Shown: one piece after another, positions 55,556 to 64,000 of the stretch | How the letters are laid out: each line of letters starts with the position of its first letter | Numbering within the stretch: position 1 is the first letter of the stretch | Assembly (NCBI GenBank): GCA_963703285.1 | Contig: OY969807.1 | Span: 1,440,001-1,504,000 of the forward strand | Reading direction: 5' to 3' | DNA: 64,000 bases | Source of the DNA: an uncultured Nitrososphaerota archaeon | Lineage (GTDB): Archaea; Thermoproteota; Nitrososphaeria; Nitrososphaerales; Gagatemarchaeaceae | Made by a program: the position numbers and the translations under genes | The notes under the pieces: model-generated | Told to the model about the DNA's origin: nothing | What the model saw: only the letters and a program-made list of their open reading frames with translations | Databases searched by the model: none

Positions 55556-56335
55556 TCACTCGAAGGAGACATCAGTCCGCATGTAGGCCCTGACCGCGAG
55601 GAAGAGCATCACGACCGTCTCCCCGCAGAGAAGGAGCATCTGGTACCCGTCGATGGCGGTCAGGGTGCCGGAGTAGGCGCCCCTGACTGCGTCCGCCACG
55701 TAGGTGAGGGGATTGGCCACGAAGAGGGCCTTGATCTCCACGGGGAGGCTGCTGCTGAGGGGGTAGAAGACCGTGCTCGCGAAGTTGACGACGAATATGA
55801 CGAGTATCTGGATGCTGTTGTAAGCGTTGTTCGACTTCACCAGCGCCGAGATGAAGAGCATGAGGGAACCGAAGAATATCGAGCCGACGAGTATGGAGCC
55901 GAACATGATTGCGCCCCCGAGGAGCGTCACCGGCAGCGAACCCAGGAGCAGGAAGGCCCCGCCGAGCATCACCAGGGCTCCCCCGAGCGCGAAGACGACA
56001 GAGGTGAACATTATGCTCAGGAGGTACTGCAACCTCGTGAAGGGCCCCACGAGGAGCTGGGCCAGCATGCCCCACCGCCTGTCTGCCCAGAGGGCGCTGC
56101 CCCCCACCGTCCCCGCCATTACGCACTGGAACGACATTATTCCGGGAGTCAAGAAGGAGAGGTAGCCCGAAGGGGAGGACGAGGAAGAGAGGGAGGACGA
56201 GGCGAAGGAGCCGAAGCCGAAGCCGAAGAAGACCAGGTACATTGCGGGGAGGCCTATCAGGATGATGAGGCTGCCAGGGTCGGTGTTGACGACGATGTTC
56301 CTGTACATCAGCCTGAGGATGTTGGGTACTGGCAA
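55556..56335 (-). CDS. ABC-2 type transporter permease
   Basis: YLSFLTPG, DRRWG, STVFYP and NPLTY motifs. Confidence 0.9.
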   Translation of the reverse strand: MPVPNILRLMYRNIVVNTDPGSLIILIGLPAMYLVFFGFGFGSFASSSLSSSSSPSGYLSFLTPGIMSFQCVMAGTVGGSALWADRRWGMLAQLLVGPFTRLQYLLSIMFTSVVFALGGALVMLGGAFLLLGSLPVTLLGGAIMFGSILVGSIFFGSLMLFISALVKSNNAYNSIQILVIFVVNFASTVFYPLSSSLPVEIKALFVANPLTYVADAVRGAYSGTLTAIDGYQMLLLCGETVVMLFLAVRAYMRTDVSFE

Positions 56336-56338
56336 GCC

Positions 56339-57322
56339 TCAACCCTCCTCCTTGGTGACGGAGTCGATGAAAACGTCCTCGAGCGTGTTCTTCCTGACGT
56401 TGAGCCACTCAATCTGGACCCCCTTGACCTGAGAGAGGTCGATTATCCTCCGGAGGGCCTCCTTGGGTTCCCCCACTAGTATCACCGCGGAGTTCCCCGA
56501 GGACTTGACGCTCGATTCAGGTCCGAGCTCCTCCACCAAGTCCGCGAAGAAACCGGAGACGTCGCCTCCCGCCAGGGTCAGCTCGACCGTCTTCCTCCCC
56601 CCGTAGAGTTGCTTCAGGTTCTCCACACTGTCCATGGCAATTATCTTCCCGGATTCTATGACGGCTATCCTGTCGCAGAGGTAGTCAGCCTCCTCGAGGT
56701 TGTGCGTTGTGAAGAGGACCGTGAGACCCTTGGTGACCTGCTCCCTGATGGAGTCGAGGAGCTCCCTCCTCATGATGACGTCCAGCCCCACCGTGGGCTC
56801 ATCGAGGAAGAGCACGTCCATGTCGTGGATCATCTCCCTCGCGACCTGGACTCTGCGCTTCTGCCCTCCTGAGAGGTCGAAGGACCTCTGCTTCCGGATG
56901 CCCTCGAGCCCGAACATCTTGATGAGCTCCTCCCGGCGCCTTATCCTCTCTGCCTTCGGGATGCCCCAGAGGATGCCGTAGATGTCGAAGTTTCCCTGGA
57001 CCGTCGTGAAGTCGAACGACTCGCCCTGCTGGACGACTCCTATCCTGGACCTGATCTTCATCCCGTCGCGCTCGGGGTCCAACCCGAGTATGCTGACCTT
57101 GCCTGAGGAGGGCCGGAGGAGCGTCGTGAGGACCTTGATTAGGGTGGACTTGCCCGCGCCGTTCTTGCCGAGCAGGCCGAAGACCTCGCCCCTCCTGACA
57201 GTAAGGCTCACCCCGTCGAGGGCGTACCTCTTGCCGTCGTAGGTGTGCCGCAGGTCCTCCACACTTATGGCGGGGTCAGGTACCAAATCTCTCCGTGGGG
57301 TGCCTGGCGAGGTGGCTTGCAA
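56339..57322 (-). CDS. ABC transporter ATP-binding protein
   Basis: GKNGAGKS, LSGGQ, FLDEPT and TTHNLEEA motifs. Confidence 0.95.
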   Translation of the reverse strand: MQATSPGTPRRDLVPDPAISVEDLRHTYDGKRYALDGVSLTVRRGEVFGLLGKNGAGKSTLIKVLTTLLRPSSGKVSILGLDPERDGMKIRSRIGVVQQGESFDFTTVQGNFDIYGILWGIPKAERIRRREELIKMFGLEGIRKQRSFDLSGGQKRRVQVAREMIHDMDVLFLDEPTVGLDVIMRRELLDSIREQVTKGLTVLFTTHNLEEADYLCDRIAVIESGKIIAMDSVENLKQLYGGRKTVELTLAGGDVSGFFADLVEELGPESSVKSSGNSAVILVGEPKEALRRIIDLSQVKGVQIEWLNVRKNTLEDVFIDSVTKEEG

Positions 57323-57513
57323 AGCAGAGACCTAGGGCTCCTGAATCCAAGCGATTTGAGGTTATCTCAGGGGCGAGGTACACAGCGGGACGCGGCGCGG
57401 AGGGATTGACAAAGGTCGCGCCTAGGGAGATACCTGCGATTTCCCAGCCCTGAGAGTCATGGCGCTGCTTTAAGTGGTGGCATGCGCCCTGACGAGAAGA
57501 GCGGCGAACCCTG

Positions 57514-58032
57514 ATGTACAAGCCAGCACGAGCTCCGGGGCGAGCTTCCTTCCCGCACCGAATGGCCTTCGGGCGTCTTGAGAAGGGGCACGCGGTCTTT
57601 CGGGCTGCAAGGTTCGCGGTCGCAACCGGCGTTGGCTTTCTGGTCTACGAGGCCGCCGTGATCGTGGGGGTGGCGACCCTTTACCATTCGATCCAGGTCC
57701 CGAGCTTCGCCAGCTCCTCGCTCACGATACTGGAGTTGGATGTAGTCGCGCTCGCCATCGGGAACACCGTCGCTTTTGAACTCAACGAGCGCGTCACGGT
57801 CAAGGGTCTGGTAGGGGGAGGGAGGAAGGGACCGCTCGGCTGGTCGGTGAGATGGGGCAAGTATCAGCTGTCTTCGCTGGTCGGAAGCGTGATAATCGTG
57901 GTGGTTCAGCTCTCGCTCCTCGCGACAATCTCGCTCTCCCCCGTCTTCGGGAACATTGTGGGTGCCATCGTCTCGTTCCCGGTGACGTACGCCATCTCGA
58001 TGCACTTCGTGTGGCGGGTCCGCCCGTTCTGA
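57514..58032 (+). CDS. GtrA family membrane protein
   Basis: RFAVATGVGFLV...F.LNER.T and C-terminal FVW; four TM helices. Confidence 0.8.
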   Translation: MYKPARAPGRASFPHRMAFGRLEKGHAVFRAARFAVATGVGFLVYEAAVIVGVATLYHSIQVPSFASSSLTILELDVVALAIGNTVAFELNERVTVKGLVGGGRKGPLGWSVRWGKYQLSSLVGSVIIVVVQLSLLATISLSPVFGNIVGAIVSFPVTYAISMHFVWRVRPF

Positions 58033-58165
58033 GGAAAGGTCCAGGCGAGCCGCCTTCATTTCTCTTCGGGCCGGGGCCTTCTCGATGCGTCTTAGGCCAG
58101 TCGCCATTCGCCCGGCACGCTCAATCAAGCTTTTCTGGATGTCTCATAAGACACCGGTGCTCGCC

Positions 58166-58957
58166 ATGTTCCCACGAAGGGCGGCTGTCGACAAGGAAGG
58201 CGCACGGGGAGACCAAGAGGGCGGCAGGTCCTCAGTCCCCGTTGCACTAATCCTGGTCTTGGTCGTCGTCTTTCCTCTCGTCGTTGTGATAGCATACTTT
58301 GCGTCCCGGACCGTTCTTCCCGAGCTCTCCGGGCTCGTGTTCAGCTCGCCGCAGGGAGGCATTTTGGACGAATCCCTCACCTCCGTTCGGACACTGAACA
58401 GCTCCAGCATCCAGCAGCAGGTGACGGGTCAGCTGTTCTCGCCTCCGTCGATGGCGTTCCTCTCGCCCATCCTGAAACCGCTGCAGGTGAACTTCGTCGG
58501 GATCGTCCTGGTAGTCGCGGCGGCCATGGTCGGTCTCGTCGCCTGGAGGGGTCTCAGAACCAGGAGGAGACCGACGCCTGCCTTCGACGAGGAGGGTCTC
58601 GTCGCAGAGAGGAGACGGAAGGTCTCTGAGATCCTCGATGACGCCGCGGCGAGGTTGAACTCAGGTTCATCCTACAGGGAGACGGTGCTTCGCTGCTACA
58701 AGATGATCAGCGGACTCTTGGAGGAGAGGACAGACGTGGACGGCAGAACCCTCACGGCGCGCGAGTTCGAGGCGAGAGTCTCCGAGAAGCTGAGAATCGA
58801 GACGCCCGACCTCATCCAGGTCACGGACCTCTTCGAGCTCGCAAGGTACAGCGAGAGGGACATCACCAAGGAGCAGGCGCGGGCGGCGGCGGCCTGCCTG
58901 TCCAACCTCAGCGATTCGCTGAAGGAAATTGCTGTCTCAGTAAGCGATATTAAATGA
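58166..58957 (+). CDS. DUF4129-domain membrane protein
   Basis: R..V..CY..., T.REF and T.LFELARYS motifs; start uncertain. Confidence 0.85.
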   Translation: MFPRRAAVDKEGARGDQEGGRSSVPVALILVLVVVFPLVVVIAYFASRTVLPELSGLVFSSPQGGILDESLTSVRTLNSSSIQQQVTGQLFSPPSMAFLSPILKPLQVNFVGIVLVVAAAMVGLVAWRGLRTRRRPTPAFDEEGLVAERRRKVSEILDDAAARLNSGSSYRETVLRCYKMISGLLEERTDVDGRTLTAREFEARVSEKLRIETPDLIQVTDLFELARYSERDITKEQARAAAACLSNLSDSLKEIAVSVSDIK

Positions 58958-58984
58958 CCGTCCTTCCAAGGTCGAGGTCTTCTC

Positions 58985-59615
58985 ATGGACCAGGATAGAA
59001 CCGGCCGCCGCGAGGGTGCCGGTGGGAGGGCGCGGCCGAGCAGGCGCTCAATCGAGCTCTGGGCCGCGCTTGCCATGCCCGTAGTCGTTCTCGTCTTCGC
59101 AGGCAGTCTCCTGGTAATCCCCCTGATCTACATCATCGTCATCTTGGACGGAATCGGCATTGCGTACGCTGTGGCCAGGAGCGGCGGGCCGTTCGGCGGC
59201 GGCACCATCACGAGCGACGAGGGAGGTGGTCCTGTCGGGAGCCCGGGCCGCCGAAGACCCGATAGGGCCGAGAGTCTGGCGTCGTATATCAAGCGGGCGA
59301 AGGGTTCCGAGTTTTCCCGAAGGGAGATAGCGCGGTCGGTGGCGCGAATAATGGGGCAGTCCAGTGCCCTGTCACCGGGAAGCGCGACCGCTGACCGGGA
59401 CCTCTCGGACGCCGTCAGGACGGTGGTCTATCCCTACCGGGACGACCCCGTGGTGAAAGCAGGGATGGGCCCGCTGGAAGAGAGGTTCTTCGGCGGGGAG
59501 AACGCCTCGGCCCTCCCGGAAAGGTCTCCGAGTCAGAGCAGGTACGTAGCGAGCCTCGAGGTGATAGTCTCTAGGCTCGATAGGGCAAGGACATCTCAGG
59601 GGGCGTGGCAGACAA

Positions 59616-59632
<17 letters not shown>
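58985..59632 (+). CDS. Membrane protein of the MoxR gene cluster
   Basis: Two TM helices; lies between the DUF4129 and MoxR genes. Confidence 0.65.
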
Positions 59633-60608
<976 letters not shown>

Positions 60609-60623
60609 GCTGGAGGGGCTGCG

Positions 60624-62000
60624 ATGTCGGAGCGCGCCAGCACCGGGACGAGCTGGGAGGGGCTGAGGACCAGCCCAAGAGGGTACGCGCTCTTCGTCCT
60701 AGGTGTCGTGTCGTTCGTCGTCGGGCTCTTCGCCTCACGGCCGCTGGCGTTCGTCTCCATCCCCCTGATCATGCTGCTCGGATTCACTGCGCTCCGGTCG
60801 CGCGACCCCCGCGTCGACGTCGAGGTTACGAGGACGACCGAGAAGGTCCGGATTCGCCAGGGTGAGTCAACGCGGGTGAGGCTGAGGGTGAGCAACCTCG
60901 CCAGGACGCCCGTCTCGATGCTTCAGGTTGCAGACCACGTTCCCGCGGAGCTTCGGGGAAAGAGAACGATCAGCGGGTTTTCGCTCGCCCTCGGGCCGGA
61001 GGAGACCAGGGACCTGTACTACGAGGTGAGCGCGGGCGCGTTCGGGGTGCACAAGCTCGGTCCGATCCGCCTCTCCGTTCAGGACGCAACCGGGCTCTTC
61101 GAGTCCCAGACAAAGCTGGGTTCCTACACGAAGATGACCGTCTTCCCCGAGAGCACGGAGAGGCTTCGGCACTTCGCCATAAGGCCCCGCAGGACCAAGT
61201 CCTGGCCGGGGGAGATAGTGGCGAGGCGGACGGGCGCGGGCCTGGACTACTACAACATCAGGCAGTTCATGCCGGGTGACTCCGCGAAGCGGATCAACTG
61301 GAGGGCCTCCGCGAGGCACGATGCGGGGCCCGGCGAGTTCCTGGTCAACGAGTACATGGCCGAAGTCGGCGCAGAGGTCCTCATCATCGTCGATGCGGGA
61401 CGGGAGCAGTGGACCCCGCCGGGCAGGGAGTCGATCACAGTCCACTCGGCGAAGGCCGCCATCTCCATAGCCGAGAGGCTCCTGCACGACAGAAACCGTG
61501 TCGGTCTCCTCACCACGGGAGCGAACCCGAGCAGGATAGCGGCCGGCTACGGGAGGCGGCAGTTCGACAGGATTGCGCTCTCCCTCCTGCAGCTGAGGCC
61601 CGGCGCGTACGACGCCCCCGACATCCGCTGGCGGGTGGAGGCGAGCCTCCACACGTTCTTCCCCAACGTCGCCCAGGTGGTCTTCGTCTCCCCCCTCGCT
61701 GACGAGAACGCCATCGCCGCCGCTGCGGACGTCGCCCGTGGAGGCTGGCGCGACCTGATCGTCGTCTCGCCGAACCCGCTGGACTTGGGTGGGCCGGCGT
61801 CCAGGAGCCTCAGGTCCAGGGAGGGGAGGATCGCCAGAAGGCTCACCCAGATGGAGCGGGAGGCGGACATGGAGGGCCTCAGGGAGGCCAACGCGCTGGT
61901 CGTGGACTGGACCACCTCCGCCTCTCTCGAGGAGGTCATGGAGGTCCAGAGGAGGGCGCTGGCGAGGCACGCCGCGGTCTCGGCGAGGAGCGGGCGATAG
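60624..62000 (+). CDS. DUF58 domain protein
   Basis: G.DYYNIRQF.PGD..KRINW.ASAR; follows the MoxR gene. Confidence 0.92.
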   Translation: MSERASTGTSWEGLRTSPRGYALFVLGVVSFVVGLFASRPLAFVSIPLIMLLGFTALRSRDPRVDVEVTRTTEKVRIRQGESTRVRLRVSNLARTPVSMLQVADHVPAELRGKRTISGFSLALGPEETRDLYYEVSAGAFGVHKLGPIRLSVQDATGLFESQTKLGSYTKMTVFPESTERLRHFAIRPRRTKSWPGEIVARRTGAGLDYYNIRQFMPGDSAKRINWRASARHDAGPGEFLVNEYMAEVGAEVLIIVDAGREQWTPPGRESITVHSAKAAISIAERLLHDRNRVGLLTTGANPSRIAAGYGRRQFDRIALSLLQLRPGAYDAPDIRWRVEASLHTFFPNVAQVVFVSPLADENAIAAAADVARGGWRDLIVVSPNPLDLGGPASRSLRSREGRIARRLTQMEREADMEGLREANALVVDWTTSASLEEVMEVQRRALARHAAVSARSGR

Positions 62001-62002
62001 GG

Positions 62003-62569
62003 GTGCAGCCTGTGAGTTCAGGCGGAGGGAGGGGTCCTGCGAGAAGGGTGCTCGCGTTGCCGCCCGAGGTCCTCTCCTTCCTGCTGTTCTGCGCCCTGTC
62101 GCTCTCGGCGATCGCCCTCTTCCCCGGGTCCTATCTCTTCTTCATAGGGCTCGTGGCCGCCGATGGGTTCGCGACGCTCGCGAACGGTGATACCGCCGTC
62201 GCCGTGGTGAGGTCGGCCTTCTTCCTGGCGCTGCTGGACCTGTCTGTCTTGGCCGGCCCGCACAGCATCCTCTTCATCTTCCTGGTGATGATCCTGGCGA
62301 TCGCCGTTCTCGACGTCTCTTTCCTGCTCAGGAGGCTCCGGGGCACCCTGGTCGATGCGTCCGTGATCACGGGCAGGCTGAGGTCCTACGCCTACACCCT
62401 CCTCCCTGCGTTCCTGCTCTCGTACGTGCTGACCTACGCGTACTCGCTCGCGCTCGGGTTCGTCTCGGCGGAACCGGTCGTTCTGCTCGCCGTGTCGTCC
62501 ACCGTCGCGTTGTTGGTTGTGTATGCCGTCTCCCGCCACCTCTCGCCCCGCGTCGCCCCCCGGCGATAG
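62003..62569 (+). CDS. Multi-pass membrane protein
   Basis: About six TM helices; last gene of the MoxR cluster. Confidence 0.7.
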   Translation: MQPVSSGGGRGPARRVLALPPEVLSFLLFCALSLSAIALFPGSYLFFIGLVAADGFATLANGDTAVAVVRSAFFLALLDLSVLAGPHSILFIFLVMILAIAVLDVSFLLRRLRGTLVDASVITGRLRSYAYTLLPAFLLSYVLTYAYSLALGFVSAEPVVLLAVSSTVALLVVYAVSRHLSPRVAPRR

Positions 62570-62590
62570 GTCCGTCGGGGGCTAACCGAC

Positions 62591-63592
62591 TCACTTGCTG
62601 ATGGTTGCCTTGTTCTCGAAGACTTCCTTGGGAATCAGGCCAAAGACGTCGGGATGCTTCTTCCGCAGGGACTCTTCGGAGGGAGGAAAGAGCCCCGCCC
62701 TGATGGCCCGCCTGACGTTTGATTTCACAAACTGCTTGTACCTTGTGTCGCCGATGTACGAGAGCACGGCGTCCGTCGCCGCGGTCTCGTCCAGCCCCTT
62801 GATCGTAGTGAAGTAGGGGGCGAGGATGAGCCAGATCACCCTGTGCCTCCCGTCGGTTATCGGATGGGCGAGCAGCCTCTGGATGTAGTCGTACTGCTTC
62901 CCTCGCGGGACCGAGGGGCGGGGGATCTGGCTCCTGAACTCGTCGACCAGCGAGTGGATGAACGGCTGGACGGATGCGGTCTTCAGCGCCCTCATGCCCG
63001 AAATCATCAGCCCTTCGACGAGCGCCGCGAAGAAGTCCTGGATGTCGTTCAGGGAGAAGTAGACCAGACCCGAATGCACCCGCATGTTGACCAGGCTCCA
63101 CCTGGGATCGCGGGTGAGCTCGTAGTTCGTTGAGACTGACAGGTACTCCATCACAGGACAGACGAACCTCTGGTCCCTGCCCCTGGTCAGCTGTAGGCCG
63201 ACCGCCTCGCGCAGGATGGAGACCATCTCCTCTGGGCTCTCCTTCAGGAAGAACTTCTTCGCGCGGAACGATTCCGTCTTCGAGAGGGCCGCTCTGAGAA
63301 ACGGCTCGCTCTTGGCTGCTAGCATCGCGACGAAGAAGCTGTAGAACTCGACCAGCTCCTCGCGGGCCGTGAGGTCGTTCGTCCGCCTCCTGTAGGTCTG
63401 GTAGTCGAAGACGCGCACGTTCTGTATGTCTATCTCGGGGTTCTTCAGAGCGAGCCAGATGCGATAGCGTGCCTGGTCCAGTATCGGTTCGTGGAGAGCC
63501 TTGAACACTTCGTCGTTCAGGGGATAGTCGGAGAGGAAGTCCCTCGAGGCCTTCAGGAAGGGATACTTCACGATCTTCTCTTCGATGGACAA
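62591..63592 (-). CDS. Primase large-subunit N-terminal domain fused to a PriX-like domain
   Basis: KYPFL and W.LVN..V..G.VY (PriL N-terminal domain); YDYIQRLLAHPITDGRHRVIWLILAPY...KGL (PriX-like); TTG start preceded by ggaggg. Confidence 0.75.
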   Translation of the reverse strand: MSIEEKIVKYPFLKASRDFLSDYPLNDEVFKALHEPILDQARYRIWLALKNPEIDIQNVRVFDYQTYRRRTNDLTAREELVEFYSFFVAMLAAKSEPFLRAALSKTESFRAKKFFLKESPEEMVSILREAVGLQLTRGRDQRFVCPVMEYLSVSTNYELTRDPRWSLVNMRVHSGLVYFSLNDIQDFFAALVEGLMISGMRALKTASVQPFIHSLVDEFRSQIPRPSVPRGKQYDYIQRLLAHPITDGRHRVIWLILAPYFTTIKGLDETAATDAVLSYIGDTRYKQFVKSNVRRAIRAGLFPPSEESLRKKHPDVFGLIPKEVFENKATISK

Positions 63593-63808
63593 GGCTACCC
63601 TCCGTCCATCCAGAAGATTGATGGCCAGTGATATCCTTTCTCCGGTCATTCGAAGGCCGAATCGTGAACACCTTATTGAGCGTAACCGGTCAGGCACAGA
63701 CCCATGGGCGGGAGAGGCCTGAAAGTGACCGCGCGCCCCCGCCATCCCGGCATGACCGCAGCGGTACCTCGCCAATCTTAATAGTTGGTCAGGCTTCGCT
63801 TGTAGGTC

Positions 63809-64000
63809 ATGGCCGACAGGCGATTCGTCGTGATGACGACGACGACCACAATCGTCCTGGTGTTCTCCTGGACCCTGTTCGCCTACGTTGCCTCGGCCGT
63901 CGGCTTCGACGTGCAGGTGTTCGTCGAGCTTTCGGCCCTGTCAGTCATCCTGGTGGCCGGTGACATCGGCCTCTGGGTGCTGGTCCGCCGCCTGCGGTCT
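63809..64000 (+). CDS. Small membrane protein, running off the window end
   Basis: MADRRFVVMTTTTTIVLVFSWTLFAYVASAVGFDVQVFVELSALSVILVAGDIGLWVLVRRLRS; cttaata about 30 nt upstream. Confidence 0.65.
   Translation, partial: MADRRFVVMTTTTTIVLVFSWTLFAYVASAVGFDVQVFVELSALSVILVAGDIGLWVLVRRLRS

Overview
GC-rich (about 60-65% by eye) archaeal chromosome segment. BHB tRNA introns, TATA-type promoters, DUF131 genes, a DRG GTPase and PriL/PriX point to an archaeon; Nitrososphaerota/Thaumarchaeota is my best guess from gene families. Most of the window is housekeeping and metabolic genes (fumC, two phosphohexomutases around thiL, two HtrA proteases, ABC-2 exporters, a MoxR/DUF58 cluster) plus three tRNAs. 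The left ~9.3 kb is an accessory region. Its most striking feature lies downstream of tRNA-Leu(GAG): five co-oriented tRNA-3'-end-like sites with two recurring arm motifs divide the DNA into single-gene or empty units, an integron-like arrangement with no integrase in the window. Other notable items: a 143-bp MITE, an IS481-like element with a 15-bp target duplication, a tRNA-Thr with a T-loop (59/60) intron, an OLD-type ATPase/TOPRIM gene followed by an HrpA-like DEAH helicase, a PriL-N-terminal/PriX-like fusion lacking the Fe-S domain, two abrupt gene chimeras, and three small Zn-ribbon genes missing from the ORF track. All family assignments come from motif recognition by eye, not database searches.
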